Shown here piece by piece: positions 10,308 to 20,531 of a stretch of 64,000 bases of DNA. This DNA comes from Candidatus Altimarinota bacterium (lineage in GTDB: Bacteria; Patescibacteriota; Gracilibacteria; CAIRYL01), in the NCBI GenBank assembly GCA_965250085.1, contig OZ252287.1, forward strand, positions 288,001 through 352,000, read 5' to 3'. Both the position numbers and the translations under genes were made by a program. Position 1 is the first letter of the stretch. Each line of letters opens with the position of its first letter. The notes under the pieces are model-generated. The model did not search any database. It worked only from the letters and a program-made list of their open reading frames with translations, and was not told the origin of the DNA.

Positions 10308-11516
10308 TTAAATACCGAGGATTTCTTTTACTATCTCTTTATCATTCCACGGCACTTCCATTCCACCAATGTTTCGTGATTCTTCAGCTCCCAATCCCGG
10401 AATGACCACGACGTCTCCCGGTTTTGCTCGCTGCAAAGCAAATTCTATCGCATTACGACGATCAGGGATTTCCCAGAAGTGCACGGAGTCATCACCATCG
10501 TTCCATACCTTTGTCTTTTGAATCCCCTCTCTCACCTGTTCACGAATCATATCTGCAGATTCTGTATAGGGTTCATCATCAGTAAGCACTACAAAATCAG
10601 CAATTTCTCCCGCAAGTTTTCCCATTTCTGGGCGCCTCTTTTTGTCCACATCTCCATAGCATCCAAACACCACCCAGAGGTGATTTTGAGTGAGCTCTTT
10701 GGCTGATTCTAGAAGATGTTTAAAGGCATTGCTCGTAACCGCAAAGTCTATATATACATCAAAATTTTGACCACAGTCTATTTTTTCCAGTCGCCCCTCT
10801 ACTCCAACAAAATTCTTCAGTGCCTTTGCAATATCGATATTGGAAACTCCATATGACTCGGCTACTGCAGATGCAACAGCTGCATTTTCTTTGTTAAATT
10901 CTCCAGGAATACCAAGTTTTTCAATATATGGAGAAGAAATTGCTATCTTCTGAGCAGATATGTCTTCTTTCCAAGAGGAGACCACTGTATCATTCATATT
11001 CAGCACCGCAGCTCCACTTGTTTTAAGGTATTTGGTAAAGAGAAGTTTTTTAGCATTGGCATATTTCTCAAAACTTCCATGATCATCTACATGTCCTTCG
11101 CTCACATTGATAATACCCGCAATATCACATCTTATTCCAAAAATTCGTCTTTGTTCTGTCGCGTGAGATGAAATTTCCAATATCGCCACTTCTGATTTTT
11201 TTTGAACCGCTCTTCTCAAGAGTTTTTGCATCTGCCACGGAGAGAGTGTGGTGCGCTTGGTGGCATTCTTTGAGTGTTTTTCATTAAGAAAGATCGACAC
11301 TGTGGAAATTTTCAAATGTAAAATTTTTGCTGTTTGAAAAATATGAGAAATCATTTCTACAGTAGTGGTTTTTCCATCAGTTCCGGTGATGCCAATGATT
11401 TGTATTTTTTTTGCAGGAAATCTGTACCAAAAAGCGGCGAGTACTGCTTTAAACATATACCATACTTTTCGCACTGGTGAATTTTTGGGAAATAAATTCC
11501 TGAGAAAGCCCATCAT
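10308..11516 (-). CDS. murE: Mur ligase, MurE-like (UDP-MurNAc-dipeptide amino-acid ligase)
   Basis: GITGTDGKTTT P-loop, LEISSHA, GVEGRLE, VVFGC.G, KRRPEMG and DRRNAIEFA. Confidence 0.8.
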   Translation of the reverse strand: MMGFLRNLFPKNSPVRKVWYMFKAVLAAFWYRFPAKKIQIIGITGTDGKTTTVEMISHIFQTAKILHLKISTVSIFLNEKHSKNATKRTTLSPWQMQKLLRRAVQKKSEVAILEISSHATEQRRIFGIRCDIAGIINVSEGHVDDHGSFEKYANAKKLLFTKYLKTSGAAVLNMNDTVVSSWKEDISAQKIAISSPYIEKLGIPGEFNKENAAVASAVAESYGVSNIDIAKALKNFVGVEGRLEKIDCGQNFDVYIDFAVTSNAFKHLLESAKELTQNHLWVVFGCYGDVDKKRRPEMGKLAGEIADFVVLTDDEPYTESADMIREQVREGIQKTKVWNDGDDSVHFWEIPDRRNAIEFALQRAKPGDVVVIPGLGAEESRNIGGMEVPWNDKEIVKEILGI

Positions 11517-11613
11517 AAAGACAATTTTGTGAATCTTGCCAAGTAATTATAGATACCAATTTTATTCCCTCCAAGAGATATTTCCTACAGAAGAAAAAAC
11601 ATACGAAAAACCT

Positions 11614-11642
11614 TTGACATAGCGGCGGCGGATTGATAAAAT
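11614..11642 (+). promoter_or_regulatory. Sigma70 promoter of tuf
   Basis: TTGACA-17 bp-TAAAAT with an extended -10 TG, 38 bp before the tuf ATG. Confidence 0.7.
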
Positions 11643-11680
11643 CCCTCTGCTATTTTTTCAGATATTTTTTTATTTTTTTT

Positions 11681-12862
11681 ATGGCTGATGCATTTCAGCG
11701 GACCAAACCGCACGTAAACGTAGGTACGATTGGACACGTCGATCACGGAAAAACAACTCTTACAGCTGCTATTACCACCGTTTTAGCGAAGAAAGGTGGA
11801 GCCGAAGCGAAAGCTTTTGATGCGATTGATAACGCTCCTGAGGAGAAGGCTCGTGGTATTACTATTGCCACTTCTCACGTAGAATATGAAACCGATAACA
11901 GGCACTACGCTCACGTAGATTGCCCAGGCCATGCCGATTATGTAAAAAACATGATCACTGGCGCTGCTCAAATGGATGGAGCCATCCTCGTTTGCTCTGC
12001 AGCCGATGGACCTATGCCTCAAACTCGAGAGCATATCGTCCTTGCTCGTCAGGTAGGAGTCCCTTCTATTGTTGTGTTTTTGAATAAGATAGATCAAGTA
12101 GATGATGCTGAACTTCTTGATCTCGTAGAAATGGAGCTTCGTGAGCTTCTTTCAAAATATGAATTTCCAGGAGATGATATTCCTTTTATTAAAGGATCAG
12201 CCCTCAAGGCTCTCGAAGGCGATGCTGAAGCAGAAAAAGCAATTGAAGAACTTGCTGCAGCACTTGATAGCTACATTCCTGAGCCAGTTCGCGAACTCGA
12301 TAAACCATTCCTCATGCCGGTAGAAGATGTTTTCTCTATTAAGGGTCGTGGTACCGTTGCAACCGGTCGTATCGAACAAGGAATTGTAAAGGTAAACGAT
12401 GATATTGAAATTGTGGGTATCCGTGAAACTCAAAAGATTACTGTGACCGGAGTGGAAATGTTTAAGAAGTTGCTCGATCAGGGACAGGCAGGAGACAATG
12501 TCGGTATCCTTCTCCGTGGTATTGAGCGTGAAGATATTGAACGCGGTCAGGTTTTGGCAAAGCCAGGATCTATCACTCCTCATACTGAGTTTGAGTCAGA
12601 GGTATATGTCCTCTCCAAAGAAGAAGGTGGACGACACACTCCGTTCTTCAAAGGATACAAGCCTCAGTTCTACATTCGTACAACTGATGTAACTGGTGAG
12701 ATAGAACTTCCTGACGGAGTGGAGATGGTAATGCCGGGCGATAATATCAAGATGACCGTAAAACTCGGCTCTGAAATTGCTCTTGCAGACCAAACCAAAT
12801 TCGCGATTCGTGAAGGAGGTCGTACCGTTGGAGCTGGAGTCGTTACTAAAATCTTAAAGTAG
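11681..12862 (+). CDS. tuf: Elongation factor Tu
   Basis: [38 protein letters not shown] and [10 protein letters not shown]. Confidence 0.99.
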   Translation: MADAFQRTKPHVNVGTIGHVDHGKTTLTAAITTVLAKKGGAEAKAFDAIDNAPEEKARGITIATSHVEYETDNRHYAHVDCPGHADYVKNMITGAAQMDGAILVCSAADGPMPQTREHIVLARQVGVPSIVVFLNKIDQVDDAELLDLVEMELRELLSKYEFPGDDIPFIKGSALKALEGDAEAEKAIEELAAALDSYIPEPVRELDKPFLMPVEDVFSIKGRGTVATGRIEQGIVKVNDDIEIVGIRETQKITVTGVEMFKKLLDQGQAGDNVGILLRGIEREDIERGQVLAKPGSITPHTEFESEVYVLSKEEGGRHTPFFKGYKPQFYIRTTDVTGEIELPDGVEMVMPGDNIKMTVKLGSEIALADQTKFAIREGGRTVGAGVVTKILK

Positions 12863-12937
12863 ATTTCTCGGTCCCTCACTCTTGATATCAAAAGTGAGGG
12901 GTGGAAAGTTTATTTCACTCTTTGATCTTTAAAACGT

Positions 12938-13282
12938 ATGGCAACCAAAAAAGCTGCATCACCTGCAGGTCAAAAAATTAGAATTACGCTCAAAAGCTTT
13001 GATCACACTGTGATCGACAAAGCGTGTAAAACTATTCTTGAAACTGCTGAACGAACAGGGGCTATAATTTCTGGACCGATCCCTCTTCCGGTAAAGATCA
13101 GAAAAATAACCCTCAATAAATCCACGTTCGTCCACAAAGACTCTCGAGAGCAATATGAAATTCGCATCCACAAAAGGCTTATTGATTTAGATGAAGCTAC
13201 TCCTCAAACGGTAGAAGCCCTCTCCAATCTTCACTTACCAGCTGGGGTTGATGTTTCTATAAAAATGGTTGCTGAAAAGTGA
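12938..13282 (+). CDS. rpsJ: 30S ribosomal protein S10
   Basis: KIRITLKSFD, GPIPLP, SREQYEIRIHKRLID and LPAGVDV. Confidence 0.97.
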   Translation: MATKKAASPAGQKIRITLKSFDHTVIDKACKTILETAERTGAIISGPIPLPVKIRKITLNKSTFVHKDSREQYEIRIHKRLIDLDEATPQTVEALSNLHLPAGVDVSIKMVAEK

Positions 13283-13306
13283 TAGACTTTGTAGTCAATG
13301 ACTTTC

Positions 13307-13335
13307 AAAAGCCTCACTTTCTTGAGGCTTTTTTT
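13307..13335 (+). terminator. Intrinsic terminator after rpsJ
   Basis: aaaagcctca-ctttct-tgaggctttt followed by a T tract. Confidence 0.75.
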
Positions 13336-13384
13336 GTGTTTTTAAAAAAGATACAATACTTCTCGGATTTTCTCAAAACATACC

Positions 13385-14440
13385 ATGCCTTCAATAGATA
13401 TCAAAAAATCTTCTGATGCACCCTTGCGGGTTATTCTCGAAAAATCTCGATCAGAAAAAATAATAGGAGGGATTTGGACTTTTGCAAAAATATTTTTCTT
13501 TTTTCTTATTCTCTCTACATTTTTTCAAGCTTCTCAATTTGAATATAACTTGAGTGGAGTTCAGAAAAACTATTTTGATAATTACTATGGACCATCTCAA
13601 AAAGATATTACTGCCAAAGAGGTGGCAGTGATTCCTCTCTTCGGAGAAATCGTCGATACTCCTCCAGCCTCTTCTCTTGCGTCCAGTAATACTATATTTG
13701 CTGATGACGTTATTCATTTGCTGAACAAAGCAATGAATGATGAAGAGGTCGCTGCTGTACTTCTCCGGATTGATTCCCCCGGAGGCACAGTGCTCGCCTC
13801 TGAAAAAATAGCTCATATGATCAATGTGGTCCGAGAAAAAAAACCTGTTTTTTCACTCCTTGAAGCAAGTGCTACAAGTGGAGGATATTATATCGCCAGT
13901 GCATCAAATAAAATCTACGCATATCGAAATACTCTTACTGGTAACATTGGCGTCATCATTTTGCTCCCTAAGGCCAAAGAGCTTTTTGAAAAAATTGGGA
14001 TAGAGATGAGGACTCTCAAATCTGGTGAGTATAAAGACATGGGGAGTTCTTTTCGAGATTTGACATCAAAAGAGCAGCAGATTTTTGAAGATCTGATTAC
14101 GGAAAGTTACGAAGGATTTGTAAGCGCCGTTGCTAAAGGAAGAGATATGCCTGTAGAAGAAATCAAAAAACTGGCAGATGGAAGAGTCTATTCTGGGACT
14201 GAAGCTGCAAAAAATGGGCTCATCGATAGCACTGTTTATTCATTTGCAGAAGTTATGGATGCTCTTTCTGCGGAACTCAGTGGTACAAAACTCCAAGCTG
14301 TTTCGTTCAAACTCCCCTTCACTCCTTGGTGGGAAGAGTTTTTGCTGGGAATAAAAACAGGAAACCTTGACCCTGAAAGCATTTCTCAATTTTTTAAAAG
14401 AAGCATTTTGGGAAGTGGTCCGCGACTTCTCTCAATATAA
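13385..14440 (+). CDS. sppA: Signal peptide peptidase SppA (S49)
   Basis: LRIDSPGG, ATSGGYYIAS, TGNIGV, KSGEYKDMGS and ADGRVYSG. Confidence 0.93.
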   Translation: MPSIDIKKSSDAPLRVILEKSRSEKIIGGIWTFAKIFFFFLILSTFFQASQFEYNLSGVQKNYFDNYYGPSQKDITAKEVAVIPLFGEIVDTPPASSLASSNTIFADDVIHLLNKAMNDEEVAAVLLRIDSPGGTVLASEKIAHMINVVREKKPVFSLLEASATSGGYYIASASNKIYAYRNTLTGNIGVIILLPKAKELFEKIGIEMRTLKSGEYKDMGSSFRDLTSKEQQIFEDLITESYEGFVSAVAKGRDMPVEEIKKLADGRVYSGTEAAKNGLIDSTVYSFAEVMDALSAELSGTKLQAVSFKLPFTPWWEEFLLGIKTGNLDPESISQFFKRSILGSGPRLLSI

Positions 14441-15814
14441 AGATTCTTTATCAATGCTCCCCAGTGGTCCGATAATTCCCATTACTTTTTCAATTGATTC
14501 TTCATATTCTCGTTCGGCAGTAGAATCTATCACAATCCCTCCTCCTGCTCTGACCTCTAATTTGGGGCCTATTTTCTGAAGCGTGCGTATCAAAATATTA
14601 AAATCCGCATTTCCATTGAACGAAATATATCCCGCACTTCCGCAATATACACCACGTGATGAGGGTTCAAGTTTCGAAATAATATCCATGGTTTCTACTT
14701 TGGGTGCACCAGTGATACTTCCTCCTGGGAAGAGTGCTTTCACAACATCCAATGCATCCTTTTCTGGTCGCAATTGAGCATACACATCAGATACTAAGTG
14801 GATAACTGTTACATATTTTTCAACTCGCAAAAAATTTCTGACCTCTACACTTCCAAACTCTGCAATCCGCCCAAAATCATTGCGAATCAAATCTACAATC
14901 ATGGAATGTTCTGCTTTTTCCTTTGCATCATCCAAAAGGTCCTGAATAAGCTGTGTGTCCTCTCTTGAGTCTTCTCCTCTTCTTCTGGTTCCCTTGATAG
15001 GCTGTGCAAACAGAGTGTCTTTTTGCAACGAAAAAAGCCGCTCTGGGGTACAGGAAATAACAGCTCCATCATTGTGTTCACAAAAAAACATCATTGGAGC
15101 AGGATTTTTTTGTACGAGATGAGAAAAAAGCGTAAATGCGTCTTGATTCGTCTGAGTCGTCCATTTTTGCGAAAAGTTGACCTGATATGTATTTCCAGTC
15201 ACAAGCTCATTCTTGATGTTCTCAATTGCTTTGGTGTATTCATCTTGAGAGATCTCAGGCAAAAACACATGGCGCTCTACTGACGTACTCGTATCAGTCA
15301 TAAGTCCTTCCACTGTCAGAAAATTACTTTCAAAATGTGAGAAAAATATTTGCGCTTCTTGTGACGAATCAAACCAGCCTCCTACATATGCTTTTTTTTT
15401 ATGATGATCAAAAGCGCAAAGAGTTTCAAATAACTCAAAAAATCCGAGTGGGATAGATTTTTTCTCCTTTTGTGACCAAGCAAATTGTTCAAATTCATGT
15501 CCAAACTCATATGAAAAAAATCCAGCTAGACCACCACAGAAGTGATGAAATGCTTCTGGAGCGTTCATTGGGATTTTTCTTTTTCTTCCAAGGTTCTTTC
15601 TCAAAAGTTTAAGAAAATCACTTCCCTCCCTATAAAGAAGAATTTTTTGAGGTTCAAATGGAAGAAATGAATACTTCCCTCCATTTTGCTCAGGATTAGT
15701 AACTCCTGAAAACAGAAGAATTGGCTTTTTTTTCTTTTCTCGAAGAAAACGATACAGGACAAGAGGTGAAACCCAAGGGATTTGATGCCAATAAAATGAT
15801 TGTTGTTGCATCAA
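14432..15814 (-). CDS. pabB: Aminodeoxychorismate synthase / anthranilate synthase component I family
   Basis: GFFSYE, YQVNFS, PIKGTRRR, EKAEHSMIVDLIRND and FPGGSITGAPK; the PIKGT motif favours PabB over TrpE. Confidence 0.82.
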   Translation of the reverse strand: MMQQQSFYWHQIPWVSPLVLYRFLREKKKKPILLFSGVTNPEQNGGKYSFLPFEPQKILLYREGSDFLKLLRKNLGRKRKIPMNAPEAFHHFCGGLAGFFSYEFGHEFEQFAWSQKEKKSIPLGFFELFETLCAFDHHKKKAYVGGWFDSSQEAQIFFSHFESNFLTVEGLMTDTSTSVERHVFLPEISQDEYTKAIENIKNELVTGNTYQVNFSQKWTTQTNQDAFTLFSHLVQKNPAPMMFFCEHNDGAVISCTPERLFSLQKDTLFAQPIKGTRRRGEDSREDTQLIQDLLDDAKEKAEHSMIVDLIRNDFGRIAEFGSVEVRNFLRVEKYVTVIHLVSDVYAQLRPEKDALDVVKALFPGGSITGAPKVETMDIISKLEPSSRGVYCGSAGYISFNGNADFNILIRTLQKIGPKLEVRAGGGIVIDSTAEREYEESIEKVMGIIGPLGSIDKESLY

Positions 15815-16083
15815 AGCTTATTCTGTTGATGTTTTTCCCATATCTTTCGAAGCGAAGGAATCGTAAGCGTTGAAAAAAGGAATGCAAGAGCGGGTACAAG
15901 AGATGAAAACAAAAGAACCCTCATGTCTGATGTAATTCCAGCTATCGAAAGGAAAGTAAATGCTGATAAAAATGTTATGGTCATAATAAAAATTCTGCGC
16001 ACAAAAGATGTTTCCCATGCTTTGTGCATTTCTACCTCTTTATTTCGTTGGTGGAGCCTCCGTATTTCTTCTTCAAAGTTCAT
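15811..16083 (-). CDS. Small conserved membrane protein
   Basis: RNKEVEMHKAWETSFVRR followed by two hydrophobic helices; its stop overlaps the pabB start. Confidence 0.7.
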   Translation of the reverse strand: MNFEEEIRRLHQRNKEVEMHKAWETSFVRRIFIMTITFLSAFTFLSIAGITSDMRVLLFSSLVPALAFLFSTLTIPSLRKIWEKHQQNKL

Positions 16084-16142
16084 GCTTCTATTATACCCTT
16101 TCCCTTTTTTGATACTCAAGTTTTTGGCATTATTACATCTGT

Positions 16143-17075
16143 ATGCTTTTCGATGATATACAAAATTTTCTGGCAAAAAAGTCTATAAAGCCGAAACTCG
16201 TAGCAGTGATTGGTCCAACTGCAAGTGGCAAGACGGACATCTCAGTGCAAATAGCAAAAAAGTATGATGGAGAGATTATCAATGCCGACTCTCGGCAAAT
16301 GTACAAATATCTCAGTATCGGGACGGCAAGTCCTACGGAAAAGGAAAAAAGCGGTGTTCCACACCATCTTTTTGATTTTTTAGACCCAAAAGATGAATGT
16401 AACGTCGCCGAATGGAGAGAGTTTGCAGAAAAAAAAATATATGAAATTACACAAAAAGATAAATTGCCGATTTTGTGTGGAGGTACTGGGCTTTTTGTAA
16501 ACGCTCTTACCCAAAATTTCTCCCTCCCCAGCATTCCTCCTAATGCTGAGTTCCGTAAAAAAATGGAGCAAAAAAATTCTGAAGAGCTTTGGAAAAATCT
16601 TAAAGAGAAAGATCCGGAAGAAGCCAGTCGCATCGATCCCCAGAATAAAAAATATATTATTCGTGCGCTTGAAATATATGAATTCTCTGGAGAAAAAAAG
16701 TCTCAAATAATGAATACAGGAGAAGCTCTCTATGACACCTTCGTTGTGGGAATAACACTTCCGAGAGATCTATTGTATAAAAAAATTGATCAAAGAACAG
16801 ATACCATGGAAAACATGGGATTTTTGGACGAAGTAAAAGAACTTCTTCACAAAGGATATTCAAAAGAAGATCCTGCCATGATGAGCCATGGATATAGAGA
16901 AGCTCTTGAATATCTTGAAGGAGCCAGATCTTTAGAATCTCTGTTGGAAATAATGAAAAAAAATACCAGGAATTACGCCAAAAGACAGCTTACTTGGTGG
17001 AGACGAGATACAAGAGTACACTGGTATAATTCATATTCTCAAGAAGCAATTATCACTATGGATTCAGAATTTTAA
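16143..17075 (+). CDS. miaA: tRNA dimethylallyltransferase
   Basis: GPTASGKT, INADSRQMY, GGTGLF, IRALEI and TRNYAKRQLTW. Confidence 0.97.
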   Translation: MLFDDIQNFLAKKSIKPKLVAVIGPTASGKTDISVQIAKKYDGEIINADSRQMYKYLSIGTASPTEKEKSGVPHHLFDFLDPKDECNVAEWREFAEKKIYEITQKDKLPILCGGTGLFVNALTQNFSLPSIPPNAEFRKKMEQKNSEELWKNLKEKDPEEASRIDPQNKKYIIRALEIYEFSGEKKSQIMNTGEALYDTFVVGITLPRDLLYKKIDQRTDTMENMGFLDEVKELLHKGYSKEDPAMMSHGYREALEYLEGARSLESLLEIMKKNTRNYAKRQLTWWRRDTRVHWYNSYSQEAIITMDSEF

Positions 17076-17164
17076 AAAATCACTTGATTCTCAGTCTTAA
17101 CTCCCAGTACAATCTTGACGGAGCCCCGAGAGAGGCTTTTTTTAAGCGTTATTTTTAGATACAC

Positions 17165-17338
17165 ATGAAAACCATCGCTGAGTATTTTAAGGGAGCCGTA
17201 CATGAGATCAAAAATGTAACATGGCCCACACAAAGGCAAGCTATTCGTCTGAGTATCATCACCATAGGGTTTGTACTGGTTTCAGCTCTGGTTTTTGGAG
17301 CTTTTGATGCCCTTTTGAATCTCCTTCTCCTTTCATAA
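17165..17338 (+). CDS. secE: Preprotein translocase subunit SecE (57 aa, below the ORF-track cutoff)
   Basis: MKTIAEYFKGAVHEIKNVTWPT..., with the ExxxVxWP motif and one TM helix, directly upstream of nusG. Confidence 0.9.
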   Translation: MKTIAEYFKGAVHEIKNVTWPTQRQAIRLSIITIGFVLVSALVFGAFDALLNLLLLS

Positions 17339-17343
17339 GAACT

Positions 17344-18303
17344 ATGACCGACATTACCCCTTCTGACACACCAGAAGATCAAGCTCTTCAAGATCTTGAA
17401 GAAAAAAAATTAGACGCTGCTGACCTAGAATCTCTAGATAATAAAGAAACTCCTAAGAGCGAGTCTCCAGAGGATATAGTTCTCGATGAAGCCCTTTCTT
17501 CTCCTGAAGAAGAGTCTTCTGAGAATCAAAATAGTGAAACGACAGAACATATGGACAAAAGCTCTGAAACCCAAGAATCATCCGATGAAGCCGAACAGGT
17601 AGAAAATCCTCAGGAGAATGATCTTCCCGCTGAGCAAAAAGAGGAAAAGAAATCTCCATCTGAAAAAGAAGATGTTTCAATTGACGATGCTCCCTCAAAG
17701 GTAGCTGGAGTTTTTGAACTGGATGAAGAGGATCAAAAGAAAGAATTGGAAAAAATGGAAAAAGGCAGACAGCCAAAGCAAGGGCGTAATTGGTATGCTA
17801 TTCACACCTACTCAGGGTACGAAGACTCTGTGGAAAAGGCCCTAAGGCAGAGAATTGAAACACTCAATATGCAAGACAAAATATTTGATGTTTTGGTGCC
17901 AAAAGAAACACAGATTGTGATGCGAAGAGGGAAACCTGTGGAAATAAAAAAGTGTTTGTTTCCTGGATATGCTTTGGTAGATATGACGGTAACCGATGAC
18001 TCATGGTATGTGGTGCGAAACACTCCAAATGTCACTGGGTTTGTAGGATCAGGAAATATTCCCGTCGCGGTCACTCTTGAAGAATTTGGCGTGGTGCAAT
18101 CACGAATGGGAACCGATGAGCCGAAGTTTAAATCTGACTTTAATAGTGGGGATATTGTCAAAATAATGAAGGGACCCTTTGCAACTTTTGAAGGGAAGGT
18201 AGATCAGGTAGATACGGGAAAAGGAAAGCTCACCGTTCTCGTGACCGTATTTGATCGTGAAACCCCGGTAGAACTGGACTTTGATCAAGTAATAAAGAAA
18301 TAG
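17344..18303 (+). CDS. nusG: Transcription termination/antitermination factor NusG with a long acidic N-terminal extension
   Basis: WYAIHTYSGYE, FPGY, VRNTPNVTGFVG and KOW motif GPF..FDRETPVELDF. Confidence 0.95.
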   Translation: MTDITPSDTPEDQALQDLEEKKLDAADLESLDNKETPKSESPEDIVLDEALSSPEEESSENQNSETTEHMDKSSETQESSDEAEQVENPQENDLPAEQKEEKKSPSEKEDVSIDDAPSKVAGVFELDEEDQKKELEKMEKGRQPKQGRNWYAIHTYSGYEDSVEKALRQRIETLNMQDKIFDVLVPKETQIVMRRGKPVEIKKCLFPGYALVDMTVTDDSWYVVRNTPNVTGFVGSGNIPVAVTLEEFGVVQSRMGTDEPKFKSDFNSGDIVKIMKGPFATFEGKVDQVDTGKGKLTVLVTVFDRETPVELDFDQVIKK

Positions 18304-18329
18304 ACTTCCTGTTTTTTTGAATTTTTCAG

Positions 18330-18941
18330 ATGAATAAAACCGTTATTGCTATTGTTCTCACGGTTATTATAGGAGTGATTATCTCTCTCGAATATTTTTT
18401 GCATCCAGAAAGATCCTTACCTGTCTCGGGATCAAAAAACATTTCCACTGAAGAACGCGTCACTCCATACCAGAAGAAAAAAACATATATGCTCCCCCCA
18501 TCTCAAATAGATTTAGAAAGTGTGAGTATTGCTAGCATTCAGAATGTATATAAAAAAAGGTCAAACCCTATCTCACATATATTTGGCGCCGTTCAATTCG
18601 ATGTAGAAGTAGATGGTGTGCAGATTCTCAAAACAGACATTGCCGACAAAGCATCTGATCGGGTTTTAATAAGTGTATATGAGATTTTCCCCATAGAAGA
18701 CACTACTGTGTCACGGCTCTTTTCCTTTTTGGAACAAAAATTTGAGTCTCGTTTTGTGAATGATCCAGAAACAAGTGTCAATCGCACTGATGAATTTGGA
18801 TTATATTCGTTCTATTTCAATCCTTCTCAATCACCTGAAAAGGCTTTTCTTTTAGTCGCGAAAGAACAAAGGGTCTTTGGTTTTGAATATATAAAGGCAA
18901 ATCACAATCTTCTCGTTCCTTTCTTTGAAGATCTTTCTTAA
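18330..18941 (+). CDS. Hypothetical protein with N-terminal membrane anchor
   Basis: 203-aa ORF between nusG and rplK with a hydrophobic N-terminus. Confidence 0.65.
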   Translation: MNKTVIAIVLTVIIGVIISLEYFLHPERSLPVSGSKNISTEERVTPYQKKKTYMLPPSQIDLESVSIASIQNVYKKRSNPISHIFGAVQFDVEVDGVQILKTDIADKASDRVLISVYEIFPIEDTTVSRLFSFLEQKFESRFVNDPETSVNRTDEFGLYSFYFNPSQSPEKAFLLVAKEQRVFGFEYIKANHNLLVPFFEDLS

Positions 18942-19020
18942 AAAAAGCTGGTACTTTTGAGAGAAGCATTCTATACTCCATTGCCCGTTTTTTCGTTCAT
19001 TATTTAATTACAGTAGAGAT

Positions 19021-19446
19021 ATGGTCAAAGAAATTTCACGCGTCATAACACTGCAAATCCCTGCAGGAAAAGCAAATCCAGCACCGCCAATTGGTACTGT
19101 TTTGGGGCCTACAGGAATTGATATGCAGCAGTTGTGCCAGCAGTTTAATGATCAAACCAAAGAGATGGGAGACACTATTATTCCTGCAGAAATTACGATT
19201 TATGAGGATCGCTCATTTACTTTTATACTCAAATCTTCTCCTGCAGCGATCCTTCTCAAAAAAGCGGCTGGAATCTCAAAAGGGTCTGGTGTCCCTCATA
19301 CCGAAAAAGTAGCAAGTGTGAGTTGGGCTCAAATTGAAAAAATCGCTGAAGAGAAAATGAGAGATCTCAGTGCAAATGATTTGGAAGGAGCAAAAAAAAT
19401 CATAGCAGGGACTGCCCGATCTATGGGGATTGAGGTCAAAGGATAG
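19021..19446 (+). CDS. rplK: 50S ribosomal protein L11
   Basis: AGKANPAPPIG, FNDQT, YEDRSFTF and IAGTARSMGI. Confidence 0.98.
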   Translation: MVKEISRVITLQIPAGKANPAPPIGTVLGPTGIDMQQLCQQFNDQTKEMGDTIIPAEITIYEDRSFTFILKSSPAAILLKKAAGISKGSGVPHTEKVASVSWAQIEKIAEEKMRDLSANDLEGAKKIIAGTARSMGIEVKG

Positions 19447-19615
19447 CGTCTAAAAATTCCAACCATCAAAGCAAAAAATCCTAAGTAATTTCAAAGTTTT
19501 CTTTTTTGAGTACTTGTTTTCTTATTTGAGCATTATAATTTTGGTATTGTTTGTTTTTTCGATATTTAAACTTAGAACTTTGGAAGTTTTCTAGGATAAA
19601 AAATATTTACAAAAT

Positions 19616-20473
19616 ATGCGTATGGATAAACGACAACTTCTTTCTCCAGCAAAAATAAATCTTTCCCTTACGATTGAGGAAGCACTCCCCTGCTCCATTC
19701 GGAGTAATGAGATGCTCCATACACTTCTCAGCACATTCATTTCCATTCCTATATATGATGAAATCGTAGTAGAAAAAATAGCTCGGAAAAAAATAGAAAT
19801 GTTTTTCTCAGGACCATATTCAAAAGGAATTCCTAATAATGATCACAATAGTATTTATAGGGCCGCAAAGCTCTTTTTCACAGAAACTGGATTTTCAGAA
19901 GGAATACGAATTCACGTTGTCAAAAACATTCCCCTCGCATCAGGTCTTGGTGGTGCGAGTTCCAATGCCGCAACCATATTAATAGCGCTCATAAGAATTT
20001 TTCCAGAAAAGTCACAAAAGATTGGAATACAAAGGTGGAGAGAAATGTGTCTCTCGCTTGGAAGTGACGTTCCCTTTTTCTTTTCTGAAGAAAATGTCGC
20101 AGAAGTTTCCGGCTTTGGTGAAAAAATAAAAAAGATTTCATTCCCTTTTTCAAAGCCAATATACGGAGTCGTTGCGATGCTCCCAAAAATTGCAATAAAA
20201 ACTCCATGGGCATATGAAACCCTTGATTCTTTTAGAAAAAAAGGAGAAAGAGAAGAAAAAGGAAAGAATGACTTTGAACCTTGCATATTTTTTCATTTTC
20301 CAAATTTGGAGAAATTACGAGATAATTTGCTTTCTTTTGGAGCGCTGCAAGCAGGGCTCACCGGTTCAGGAGGAGCTATTTTTGCACTTTTTGAGGAAAA
20401 AAAGAATTCCCTGCTAGCGGAGCAAAAAATACGGTCAAAATGTGAGTATTGGAAAACATTTGAAATCATTTGA
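19616..20473 (+). CDS. ispE: 4-diphosphocytidyl-2-C-methyl-D-erythritol kinase
   Basis: SPAKINLSL, KNIPLASGLGGASSNAA, LGSDVPFF, NDFE and LTGSG. Confidence 0.92.
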   Translation: MRMDKRQLLSPAKINLSLTIEEALPCSIRSNEMLHTLLSTFISIPIYDEIVVEKIARKKIEMFFSGPYSKGIPNNDHNSIYRAAKLFFTETGFSEGIRIHVVKNIPLASGLGGASSNAATILIALIRIFPEKSQKIGIQRWREMCLSLGSDVPFFFSEENVAEVSGFGEKIKKISFPFSKPIYGVVAMLPKIAIKTPWAYETLDSFRKKGEREEKGKNDFEPCIFFHFPNLEKLRDNLLSFGALQAGLTGSGGAIFALFEEKKNSLLAEQKIRSKCEYWKTFEII

Positions 20474-20531
20474 TTTGTCCAAATTTCAAAAATTCTCTAT
20501 TCTCTGCTGTGCATGTATTTTTATGTAGTAT

